From Candidatus Levybacteria bacterium RIFCSPLOWO2_02_FULL_37_18 (GTDB taxonomy: Bacteria > Patescibacteriota > Microgenomatia > Levybacterales > UBA12049), in the NCBI GenBank assembly GCA_001784115.1, contig MFPD01000011.1, positions 28,869-92,868 of the forward strand: a DNA stretch of 64,000 nt, in the 5' to 3' direction. Positions 39,685-50,812 of this stretch are shown one piece after another; positions within the stretch are counted from its first letter, which is position 1, and every line of letters begins with the position of its first letter. The notes under the pieces were generated by a model that made no database searches, was not told the origin of the DNA, and saw only the letters and a program-made list of their open reading frames with translations. The position numbers and the translations under genes were made by a program.

Positions 39685-40137
39685 GTGTCGCAAGTTTCTA
39701 AATACCCTATTTCTAAAAAAATCGCTGATCGCATTTTTGAAATATTTCTCAAAACATTTGTAAAGATAAGAGATAAACAAGAGGCAAATCAATTTATATC
39801 AGATTTCCTGACGCCAACGGAAAAAATTATGCTAGCAAAACGTCTAGCCATTGCATTTTTGCTTGAAAAGAATTACGACTATCGAGCAATTCAAAAAATA
39901 ATAAGAGTAAGTTCTGGAACGATAAATTCTGTAAGCACAACACGGCAACTTGGAAGTGAAGGGTATAAGAAGCTTATTGCAAAAATTATCAAGGAAGAAA
40001 AATTAGTTGACCTCCTCGAAACAGCAGTAGTTAAAGTTCTATCTGCTCCAGCAGCAGTCGAACCAAAAAGAGGCACCTGGACATATCTTAAACGCCAACT
40101 TGAAGATACTAAAAAGAAAAATAGAAAAGCATTTTAA
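39685..40137 (+). CDS. TrpR/YerC-like HTH DNA-binding protein
   Basis: LTPTEKIMLAKRLAIAFLL..YRAIQKIIRVSSGTI; likely GTG start at 39685. Confidence 0.82.
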   Translation: MSQVSKYPISKKIADRIFEIFLKTFVKIRDKQEANQFISDFLTPTEKIMLAKRLAIAFLLEKNYDYRAIQKIIRVSSGTINSVSTTRQLGSEGYKKLIAKIIKEEKLVDLLETAVVKVLSAPAAVEPKRGTWTYLKRQLEDTKKKNRKAF

Positions 40138-40141
40138 TTTC

Positions 40142-40163
40142 TGCTTCAATGATTCGAATCATT
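40142..40163. promoter_or_regulatory. Second copy of the palindrome just after the TrpR-like stop codon
   Basis: TGCTTCAATGATTCGAATCATT. Confidence 0.75.
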
Positions 40164-40270
40164 AGATCAAAGACAGAATCACCCTTTTTTTCTTTTATCA
40201 GGAAGAGCTATTCTAGTCTGTTGTAAAAAATGAAAAGTCAATTAATATTCGCTTCTTGTATAATTAATTC

Positions 40271-41071
40271 ATGATCGATGTTCATTGTCATTTAAATTTC
40301 AAACGTTTTGCAGATGATTATGATGAGGTTATCAAACGAGCTTATAAGGCTGGTGTAACGACAATTATCAATGTAGGAACAAAAATTGATTCAAGTCAAA
40401 AAGCAGTTGAGTTGGCGCAAAAATACGATAATTTATTTGCAATTGTAGGTGCTCATCCCCATCATGCTGACAAACATGAACTTGAGTCTGATTGGCTAGA
40501 ACAGCTGGAAAAACTGGCAAAAAAACCTAAAGTAGTTGCAATCGGTGAAATCGGAATGGATTACTATAGATATCAATCAAACGGAATTGTTGATAAAAAG
40601 CTCCAAATGGAAGTTTTCCAACAACAAATTAAGCTTGCTCATAAACTTAAACTTCCGCTTCAAATCCATAACCGTCACGCTGGTGAAGATATAATCAATA
40701 TATTATTGAATCATAAATCATACTTATTAAATCCGCCCGGTATGTTCCATTGTTTCGCGGGGACTTTTGAAGTATTGAAATCTGCATTGCAGATGGGTTT
40801 TTGCATTGGTTTTGACGGAAATATTACGTATAAAGGCGTTTCTCCCGGAGAAACAGTAGCATTATCCGAGCTCGCAAAACGTATATCCCTTGATAGAATT
40901 GTCATTGAAACAGACAGCCCGTATCTTACCCCCCAACCCCACAGAGGTAGCAGAAATGAGCCTCAATATGCTATACTTACAGGTAAGTTTATCGCGCAAA
41001 TAAAGGATATTTCTTTCCAAGAACTAGACCGCCAAACTACCGAAAACACAAAAAGAATGTTTAGATTATGA
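40271..41071 (+). CDS. tatD: TatD family nuclease
   Basis: IDVHCHL, AIGEIGMD, HNR, HCF, ETDSPYL. Confidence 0.93.
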   Translation: MIDVHCHLNFKRFADDYDEVIKRAYKAGVTTIINVGTKIDSSQKAVELAQKYDNLFAIVGAHPHHADKHELESDWLEQLEKLAKKPKVVAIGEIGMDYYRYQSNGIVDKKLQMEVFQQQIKLAHKLKLPLQIHNRHAGEDIINILLNHKSYLLNPPGMFHCFAGTFEVLKSALQMGFCIGFDGNITYKGVSPGETVALSELAKRISLDRIVIETDSPYLTPQPHRGSRNEPQYAILTGKFIAQIKDISFQELDRQTTENTKRMFRL

Positions 41072-42561
41072 CAAATTTTTTCAATTTCATTTTTACCAGA
41101 TACCCTATTAAAACCAGAAGATCATTGGAAATGATGCCAGGTTTAATTTCTTGGAGTTTAATATTTTTTCCCGTTTGGGGATCGCTCTTAATTCCTTTTG
41201 CAGTTGCGTATTTTATTCTTCTTTTTGACGTTTTTTGGTTTTATAAGTCATTTTCTTTAGCCATTACTGCTTATATTGCCTCGAAAAAGATATCTCAGGC
41301 AGAAAAAGTAGATTGGCTTTCTGAAACGAAAAACTTCAAAAACTTCAAAAAAGTCACTCATGTTATTGTGATTCCAAATTACAAAGAAAGCTATACTAAG
41401 TTAAACGCTTCAATAGCTTCAATTGCTAACCAGACCTTCCCAACGAAGCACATTCACGTTGTTTTAGCTATGGAAGAAAGAGAGGCAAAAGCAAAAACAA
41501 AAGCAAATAAACTTATAAAAAAGTATAAACATATTTTTGGCAGTATATTTACTACGTTTCATCCAGACATAGAAGGAGAGATCAAAGGCAAATCCTCTAA
41601 TGAGAGCTACGGAGGAAAACAAGCTTATAAAAAACTTGTCGAAACAGGGCTTATTGATATTAAACACGCAACAATTTCTTCGGTTGACGCTGATTCAATT
41701 TTTGACAAACAGTATTTCTCCTACCTTACATTTAAATTCCTTAAAAATCCAAAACGGTTTGGCACATTTTGGCAGTCCGCAAATGTAAATTATAATAATT
41801 TTTGGAATGTACCAGCTCCTGTGAGAGTGCTATCATTCTTTTCCAGTTTGTATCGAACAGCTCTTTTGATTCAGCAGGATAGACTCGTTGCGAATTCAAC
41901 CTATTCTCTTTCATTTGTAATGCTTCATAAAATCGGCTACTGGGATGTCGATGTAATCCCTGAGGATTACAGAATTTTCTTTAAAGCATTTTACAAACTG
42001 CAAGGAAATGCCTGGGTTGATCCGATATTCTTAAAAACTTCAATGGATGCTCCACTTTCGTCAAGCTATATAAAAAGTCTTAAAAATAAATACAATCAAG
42101 AGCGCAGATGGTCGTGGGGGGTTTCCGACGATCCCCTTTTTATAAAATGGTGGCTGACAACTCCCAACGTGCCATTTTTAAGAAAAACCATTCTTCTTTA
42201 TAACGTCTTACTTGATCACTTTCTCTGGCCGGTTAATTGGTTTATTATTACCGTTGCTGCTAATATTATGCCATTTGTTAATCCAGTTTTTTCACGGACA
42301 ACCTTGGGTTATAACCTTCCCAGATTAGCAGGATTTATCCTTACATCATGTCTATTTGCACTTTTAGCAATGATTATTATTGACGTTAGAAATAGGCCTA
42401 AAAATACTCCACTTTCAAGAGTTAGGCAATTTCTTTTTCCGCTTGAATTTGTCTTGCTTCCTGTGGTCGGATTTTTTCTTTCTACCCTTCCTGCGTTAAT
42501 ATCCCATACCCAGCTTATGTTTGGTAAACGTCTCGAATATAAAGTCACCGAGAAATTATGA
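41068..42561 (+). CDS. Membrane GT2 glycosyltransferase
   Basis: IPNYKE, KGKSSN, DAD, PED, QERRW motifs with flanking TMs. Confidence 0.88.
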   Translation: MTNFFNFIFTRYPIKTRRSLEMMPGLISWSLIFFPVWGSLLIPFAVAYFILLFDVFWFYKSFSLAITAYIASKKISQAEKVDWLSETKNFKNFKKVTHVIVIPNYKESYTKLNASIASIANQTFPTKHIHVVLAMEEREAKAKTKANKLIKKYKHIFGSIFTTFHPDIEGEIKGKSSNESYGGKQAYKKLVETGLIDIKHATISSVDADSIFDKQYFSYLTFKFLKNPKRFGTFWQSANVNYNNFWNVPAPVRVLSFFSSLYRTALLIQQDRLVANSTYSLSFVMLHKIGYWDVDVIPEDYRIFFKAFYKLQGNAWVDPIFLKTSMDAPLSSSYIKSLKNKYNQERRWSWGVSDDPLFIKWWLTTPNVPFLRKTILLYNVLLDHFLWPVNWFIITVAANIMPFVNPVFSRTTLGYNLPRLAGFILTSCLFALLAMIIIDVRNRPKNTPLSRVRQFLFPLEFVLLPVVGFFLSTLPALISHTQLMFGKRLEYKVTEKL

Positions 42562-44108
42562 AAATTTTCGCCAAGGCAGAAAAAAGCAAAATATGCTGGT
42601 TTTTACTTATCATCTCTGCATTTTTCTTTCTTCTTCGAATACCTTCATTTATAGAGCCATACTGGTACGGCGATGAAGGAATTTACCAAGTAATAGGCAT
42701 GGGGCTTAGGAATGGCAGGTTATTATACAGAGATATTTGGGATAATAAACCTCCGCTTTTGTATGTTTTATATGCTCTGTACAACTCCGATCAATTCACC
42801 ATTCGTCTTGTATCAGCACTCTTTGGCATAGGATCAATCATTGTCTTTTATTTTTTAGCCCAAAATTTATTTAAAAAACATATTGCATATAGTGTTACAA
42901 GTGTGTATGCGTTTCTTTTTTCTCTTCCACTTTTTGAAGGAAACATTGCCAATGCGGAAAACTTTATGCTTTTTCCCATTATTCTTTCTGCTCTCTTTAT
43001 CTATAAAGCTTCCGAACTTGAACCTCCAAAAACAACTATCAAATCATTCTCTCTTTCCTATATACTACATACCAAATACCATATACTCTTATTTTCTGCA
43101 GGTCTTATTCTTTCTTTTGCATTTCTTTTTAAAATTGTCGCCATATTCGATTTTATCGCATTTTTTCTTTTTCTGTTTTTTGTGCATCATCCCAAAAATT
43201 TCTCAAAAAAAAATATATCAAGAATTGTTGAATATAGTACATATTCTATAAAAACATTTCTGCAACTTTTATTAGGATTTTTTATTCCTATTTTTATTAC
43301 TGTTTTGTTTTTTTTCTTTCAGGGTGCCCTTCCTGATTTTTTACACGCCGCGTTTATTCAAAACGTTGGATATGTTGGATATGGTAATACATTATTTTTT
43401 ACTCAAGGATTATTGGTAATAAAGCTTATTCTTTTATCCGGCGTTTGTTTTTTTCTATTTTTAAAAAGAGCGCATATTCCAAAAATACTGCTTTTTATCC
43501 TTCTGTGGCTTTCTTTTTCTGTATTTAATGCTTTTTTTTCCGCCAGGCCCTATACTCATTATGCATTAGTTCTTCTTCCCAGTTTTTGCCTTTTTTTGGG
43601 AGCAACTTTTTCCAACCGATTAAAAACGTTAAGCAAGGCAGAACAAAAACGTCAAAAAATATTACTTACCTTACTTATTGTATTAATAATACTTGTGTAT
43701 AAAAACTTTTGGCTCTACGGAAAAAATATTTCGTATTATCAAAACTTTTTTTTATTCTTAACAAACAAAAAATCTGTAACCATGTATAGATCGTTTTTTG
43801 ATTCTAAAACTCCCCGGGACTATGAACTATCCGCTTTAATAAAACCAAAAAAAGATACGCTATTTATATGGGGAAATAACGCCCAAGTGTATACGCTTTT
43901 AGGCGCACTTCCGCCGGGTCGCTATACTGTCGCGTATCATATTAATTCTTCCCTGCAAACTTTAAAAGAAACCGAACTCGCTCTTTCCAAAATAAAACCA
44001 AAGTATATAATCATAATGCCGGATGTAGGAATATTCCCATATAGCTTATCGGGATATAATCAAATATATAAGATTCGAGATGTTTCAATATATGAAAGAA
44101 GTTTTTAA
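42558..44108 (+). CDS. GT-C (ArnT/PMT-like) glycosyltransferase
   Basis: YGDEGIY, DNKPP, polytopic membrane protein. Confidence 0.8.
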   Translation: MKIFAKAEKSKICWFLLIISAFFFLLRIPSFIEPYWYGDEGIYQVIGMGLRNGRLLYRDIWDNKPPLLYVLYALYNSDQFTIRLVSALFGIGSIIVFYFLAQNLFKKHIAYSVTSVYAFLFSLPLFEGNIANAENFMLFPIILSALFIYKASELEPPKTTIKSFSLSYILHTKYHILLFSAGLILSFAFLFKIVAIFDFIAFFLFLFFVHHPKNFSKKNISRIVEYSTYSIKTFLQLLLGFFIPIFITVLFFFFQGALPDFLHAAFIQNVGYVGYGNTLFFTQGLLVIKLILLSGVCFFLFLKRAHIPKILLFILLWLSFSVFNAFFSARPYTHYALVLLPSFCLFLGATFSNRLKTLSKAEQKRQKILLTLLIVLIILVYKNFWLYGKNISYYQNFFLFLTNKKSVTMYRSFFDSKTPRDYELSALIKPKKDTLFIWGNNAQVYTLLGALPPGRYTVAYHINSSLQTLKETELALSKIKPKYIIIMPDVGIFPYSLSGYNQIYKIRDVSIYERSF

Positions 44109-44445
44109 TACGGTTAAAAAAGATAAAATTCTCTATGTAAGTTTTAGTATAGCTGGGGTACTTATGATTATAAATTGGACATACACAGCATTTTTATTTA
44201 ATCGTCTTCCTCCTTTTCTGCCTTTGTTCAACCAGCTGGCCTGGGGAGAAAAAAGAGTAGGAAATAAATCTGAAATTTTTATTCCTATTGCAATAGTTTT
44301 TGCTGTATTCATAAGTAATTTCCTTATTTCCTCTTTCCTTTATTCAAAAACTCCGCTTATCTCAAGAATACTTTGTATAACAACTCTTCTGATCTCTTTG
44401 TTTGCGCTTCTATTTACCATCCGAACCATAGGTCTTGTGTTATAA
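44092..44445 (+). CDS. Small 3-TM membrane protein
   Basis: LPPFLPLFNQLAWGE motif; overlaps the upstream gene. Confidence 0.7.
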   Translation: MKEVFNTVKKDKILYVSFSIAGVLMIINWTYTAFLFNRLPPFLPLFNQLAWGEKRVGNKSEIFIPIAIVFAVFISNFLISSFLYSKTPLISRILCITTLLISLFALLFTIRTIGLVL

Positions 44446-44446
44446 C

Positions 44447-45511
44447 ATGACAACTTTTTATTTCATAATTCTTCTCCCGATAACTATATCCTTTTTAGCC
44501 GCAAGCATTCTTACTCCCATTTGTATACATATTTTGAAAAAAATTGGATTATTTGATGATCCTAAATTACGAAAACATCCAGGAGTTATTCATACCAAAC
44601 CAATCCCCCGAGGAGGAGGAATTCCTCTTTTTTTAGGAGTTTTTATTACAGCTTTGTATTTTCTTCCCATAAATGGAATAACTATTTCTCTTTTTATAGC
44701 TTCTTTTATTTCTCTTGTGGTTGGAGTTTTAGATGATAAATTTGATATTTCACCATATATTCGCTTTGTAATAAATATTCTTTCGGCTGCATTAGTTGTT
44801 TTTAATGGTGTTGGTGTTCCTTTTATTACCAATCCTTTTGCGCCTAGTGTTTTACATCTTGACACTATTGCGCTTTTTTCTTTTGGAACAATTACGATCT
44901 ACCTCTCGCATATTGTATCGCTTTTGTGGATTGCTTGGGTAATTAATATGCTTAACTGGAGTAAGGGGGTTGACGGACAAATGCCTGGAATCGTAGCAAT
45001 TTCAGCCACAGTAATAGGTCTTTTGTCCCTTCGATATACCCTCTTAGACCCTCTTTCTATTACTTCTGCAAAACTTTCGTTTATTATCGCTGGAAGCGCG
45101 TTGGGATTTTTGTTATTTAATTATTATCCGGCACGAATTTTTCCCGGTTACGGGGCAACATCAATATATTTATTGCTGGCTGTGGCCTCTCTACTGTCAA
45201 GTGCAAAACTTGCTACCGCAATATTAGTCATGGGAATTCCTATGGTAGACGGGTTATTTACCATTATCCGAAGAATCGTAAGCGGACGATCTCCTTTTTG
45301 GCACGATAAAAAACATCTTCATCACCTGCTGCTTGAATTAGGACTATCGCAAAAACACATTGCATTGTTTTATTGGAGTATTTCTGCTATATTAGGTGCG
45401 TTATCGCTTACGCTTTCAAGCAGTGGTAAATTTTTTGCTATAGTAATGCTTGGTGTACTCGTTGGAGGCACGTTGCTTTTCTTACACGTTGCATTAAGGA
45501 AAAACTCATGA
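44447..45511 (+). CDS. WecA/TagO-like polyprenyl-phosphate HexNAc-1-P transferase (MraY superfamily)
   Basis: PRGGG, GVLDD, NMLNWSKGVDG, FNYYPARIF, HLHH. Confidence 0.88.
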   Translation: MTTFYFIILLPITISFLAASILTPICIHILKKIGLFDDPKLRKHPGVIHTKPIPRGGGIPLFLGVFITALYFLPINGITISLFIASFISLVVGVLDDKFDISPYIRFVINILSAALVVFNGVGVPFITNPFAPSVLHLDTIALFSFGTITIYLSHIVSLLWIAWVINMLNWSKGVDGQMPGIVAISATVIGLLSLRYTLLDPLSITSAKLSFIIAGSALGFLLFNYYPARIFPGYGATSIYLLLAVASLLSSAKLATAILVMGIPMVDGLFTIIRRIVSGRSPFWHDKKHLHHLLLELGLSQKHIALFYWSISAILGALSLTLSSSGKFFAIVMLGVLVGGTLLFLHVALRKNS

Positions 45512-46452
45512 GCAGACTATTATATAACACGCTCAAGCTGCTTCGGCCGAGACAATGGATTAAAAACTTCGCCATTTTTGCCGCTATCACGTTTAAAGGA
45601 CAATTATTCGAACCATCGGTATTTTTAAGAGTAAGCATTGCGTTTATTATTTTTTGCATGCTTTCTTCCGCAATTTATATTATTAACGATATCTTTGATG
45701 TCAAAAGAGACCGGCTTCATCCATTCAAACGATTTAGACCTCTGGCCCATAAAGATCTTTCTGTCGAATACGCATTAGCGCTTGCTATGTGTTTGCTGTT
45801 TGTATCGTTTTGGGTAGGGTTTTTTGTAAATCCAACTTTTTTCTTACTTACTATTGCATATTTCCTTCTCCAGGTTTCTTATACTGTTTTCCTCAAACAC
45901 ATTGTTATTTTGGATATCTTAGCAATTGCCTCAGGGTACATCCTTAGAGTTTATGCCGGAGAATTTGCCTCAGGACTTCACATTTCTGTCTGGCTTTTAC
46001 TTACCACAATTTCTATTTCTCTTTTACTTGCTGCAGGAAAACGCAGGTCAGAATTAACGCTTCTTTTAGGAAATCCCAATACAAAAATAGAAATTACGCG
46101 AAAATCACTTTCAAGGTATTCCGAACGTCTCTTGGATGTATATGCTTCGATTTTTGCCACCTCTACATTTATTTCCTATTCGCTTTTTACTTTTTTGGAA
46201 AACGAGTCAGGATTTAAGCTATCAATTGGAGTCCTTATGCCGGATTTTCTGCCATCTTTTTTCCAAAAAAAATGGCTTATGATAACAATATTACCGGTGG
46301 TATATGGACTCATGCGTTATCTAGAAGATGTATACGAACGGCATGAAGGAGAAAGTCCGGAAAGAGTCTTACTTTCTGATAAACCACTCTTAACAAGCGT
46401 GCTTTTATGGATACTTTTGGTTATTGCCATCATCTATTACGTTGGCCCCTAA
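45508..46452 (+). CDS. UbiA-family decaprenyl-phosphate phosphoribosyltransferase-like protein
   Basis: RPRQWIKN, YIINDIFDVKRDRLHPFKRFRP, KRRSEL. Confidence 0.85.
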   Translation: MSRLLYNTLKLLRPRQWIKNFAIFAAITFKGQLFEPSVFLRVSIAFIIFCMLSSAIYIINDIFDVKRDRLHPFKRFRPLAHKDLSVEYALALAMCLLFVSFWVGFFVNPTFFLLTIAYFLLQVSYTVFLKHIVILDILAIASGYILRVYAGEFASGLHISVWLLLTTISISLLLAAGKRRSELTLLLGNPNTKIEITRKSLSRYSERLLDVYASIFATSTFISYSLFTFLENESGFKLSIGVLMPDFLPSFFQKKWLMITILPVVYGLMRYLEDVYERHEGESPERVLLSDKPLLTSVLLWILLVIAIIYYVGP

Positions 46453-46454
46453 AT

Positions 46455-47312
46455 CTATTTCCTTTCTGCGTAGTCGCTTATTATCCAACCTGTTTTACCG
46501 TCTTCTAATTTTACTTCAAACCACCCGTCTTTTTCAGACACAAACTCAAACGTATTACCAGGATAAACCACAGTTATTTTTGATTCTGTAACTGAATTGC
46601 CGCTTCTGACGTTTAAGTATCCTGTAGGGGTTTCTAATATAGTAACCATCGAAGGCGTATTCGTTGGAGTTGCAGAAGGCGTAGCAAGAGGTGTAGCTTT
46701 AACTTGAGTTTCCCCGCTTACTCCTAAAAAAACAATTGCTTCGAGTTTGTATCCGGAAACGGTTTTAATCCGAAGCGTTTTTTGGTTATACTCGTCTTTT
46801 TTAAATTGCAATTCATGGTCTGAAGAAGTTATATTTTGCAAAAAAAGCGGAGTTGCTCCAACCGATTTACTATCCAACAGAGTTTCTGCTTTTTCAGGCA
46901 TGGAAAGCAATAAAATTTGGGATGATTTTTTTTCATTTGTTGGAGTAAGAGTAATAATACTTCCTTCGGAACTTGCTCCTTTTCCAAATGTCCTGTCAAC
47001 TACAGTCAAAACCGATTTATTGATTTTTATTTTTTGCTCAAAAGGAGAAAGTCCTGCTTCTTGGGTAACTTCATCCGAAACCAATGGAACAAGCCGAATG
47101 GTATACTCTCCTGACGGCAACATGTCACTGACATCACATTTACAAAACGGAGTCTGTCCTATTAATTTTCTGTCTATATACACAGCGCTTTTTGGCGTGC
47201 TGGTTATTTGAAGAGCTCCTTTTCCTTTATCTTTTAGAATAAAAAAATATAATCCTGATACAACTATTACAAGCATGAGAAATGGAACAAAAATTGGAAA
47301 TAGTTTTTGCAT
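46455..47312 (-). CDS. PEGA-PEGA-SH3b surface protein
   Basis: N-terminal TM, two STP..V..D...IG.TP repeats, LNVR...GWFEV..GWI SH3. Confidence 0.8.
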   Translation of the reverse strand: MQKLFPIFVPFLMLVIVVSGLYFFILKDKGKGALQITSTPKSAVYIDRKLIGQTPFCKCDVSDMLPSGEYTIRLVPLVSDEVTQEAGLSPFEQKIKINKSVLTVVDRTFGKGASSEGSIITLTPTNEKKSSQILLLSMPEKAETLLDSKSVGATPLFLQNITSSDHELQFKKDEYNQKTLRIKTVSGYKLEAIVFLGVSGETQVKATPLATPSATPTNTPSMVTILETPTGYLNVRSGNSVTESKITVVYPGNTFEFVSEKDGWFEVKLEDGKTGWIISDYAERK

Positions 47313-47388
47313 ATTATGTATTATAAACGATGGTCGAGTTTTTTATTATACTCCATTCATGAATGAAGGTAAACTGTGATAAGCCAAA

Positions 47389-47414
47389 CAAAAAACCCGC
47401 TTTCATGCGGGCTT
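47389..47414 (-). terminator. Intrinsic terminator after groEL
   Basis: CCCGC-ATGAAA-GCGGG followed by TTTTTT. Confidence 0.8.
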
Positions 47415-47437
47415 CAATTTATTAATTTTGAACTTAT

Positions 47438-49481
<2,044 letters not shown>

Positions 49482-49513
49482 AGGTTAAATCTATTCAATT
49501 ATTGGGCAAGAAA

Positions 49514-49569
49514 ATGTCACCTGAAGCTTTCGACTGCTAATTTATACAATATAGAATTTTGTTTGTCAA
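49514..49569 (-). promoter_or_regulatory. groES promoter with degenerate CIRCE
   Basis: TTGACA-17-TATAAA (49569-49541) followed directly by TTAGCAGTC-N9-AGGTGACAT. Confidence 0.7.
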
Positions 49570-49642
49570 TAACCTATAGTTAAAATAGCACTCAGGAAGC
49601 TTGACACTGTTTTATTTTGCCTATACTATGATATTAGTACCT

Positions 49643-50812
49643 ATGCAACGAAACAAATTTTTAATTGGGGGCATTATTGCTGTTTTGTTGATTACTATTC
49701 CCTTAACGGTCTTTTTACTTGGGCAACAGCAACAAACTCAAACCAAAGCAACACCTGCAACCACACTCTCTTTAGCGCTATCTAATCCCTCTCAAACAGT
49801 TACTGTAGGGCAAGACTTTGGTGTTGATATTAATATCAATCCAGGAAGCAATCAAGTTTCGTATGTAAAAGTGACAATTAATTTTGATGAAACAAAACTA
49901 GCAACCTCAGGAGCAGGATTTGAACCAAGTGCTTCTTTTCCTACCACACTTGAAGGCCCTATATTTACTTCAAACTCGTTTACTGTTGGTCTTTCAATTG
50001 GGGCTGATTACACAAAAGCAGTACAAACACCCGGAAAAGTAGGAAAACTAACATTCCGTGCCAAAGCACTAACCAATGGCACCCAACAACTTGCCAGCTT
50101 TGATACAGGGCAACAAAAAACACTGGTTCTTTCTATTGCAAGCAGCCAAGATAATTATAACGAAAATGTTTTATTGCCAAATCCCGCACCTCTTTCTTTA
50201 GCTATCTCAGCAGGACCAACCGGAACACCCGGGCCAACAGCACCAACCCAAGCACCAACCTGCAGCAACTTAAAAATCGATAGGGTAGCAAGCGGTAATA
50301 CGCCGTTTTCTATTACATTTACCGCTGATGGAAGCGATCCTGACGGGACAATTTTTAGGGTATCTTTTGACTTTGGAGATGGACCAAGTCAAGATGAAAC
50401 TGCCGGCGGTGGCATTGGAACCGGTACAGTAAGTGTCCCTAAATCTCATACGTATAACAATCCAGGAACGTACGAAGCCAGAGCAACCCTCTATGACAAT
50501 AATCAAAACGCAAGTTTGCCTAATACCAAGTGCACAAAAACAATAACTGTAACTCAGGGACCAACTCCCACTCCAGGATCCATTTCTGCGATTACCCCTA
50601 TTCCAACCCCGCCATTATCTGCACAACCAACTGCTATTATTCTTACCCCCACACCGCTTGCTTCTAATCCAACAACTATTGCGCAAAGACCAACTACAAC
50701 TCCACCAGGTCAACCACCGCCAAACTCTGGACCAGGAGATGCCATTCTTGTAGCCGGGGGTATTGGATTTGTCCTATCTGTAATTGGTGCGCTTTTGTTT
50801 TTTGGACTCTAG
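49643..50812 (+). CDS. Surface protein: cohesin-like domain, PKD domain, Pro/Thr linker, C-terminal anchor
   Basis: VTVGQDFGVDI..INFD..GKLTFRAK, FDFGDG..HTY..PGTY, PNSG plus TM; start at ATG 49643. Confidence 0.75.
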   Translation: MQRNKFLIGGIIAVLLITIPLTVFLLGQQQQTQTKATPATTLSLALSNPSQTVTVGQDFGVDININPGSNQVSYVKVTINFDETKLATSGAGFEPSASFPTTLEGPIFTSNSFTVGLSIGADYTKAVQTPGKVGKLTFRAKALTNGTQQLASFDTGQQKTLVLSIASSQDNYNENVLLPNPAPLSLAISAGPTGTPGPTAPTQAPTCSNLKIDRVASGNTPFSITFTADGSDPDGTIFRVSFDFGDGPSQDETAGGGIGTGTVSVPKSHTYNNPGTYEARATLYDNNQNASLPNTKCTKTITVTQGPTPTPGSISAITPIPTPPLSAQPTAIILTPTPLASNPTTIAQRPTTTPPGQPPPNSGPGDAILVAGGIGFVLSVIGALLFFGL

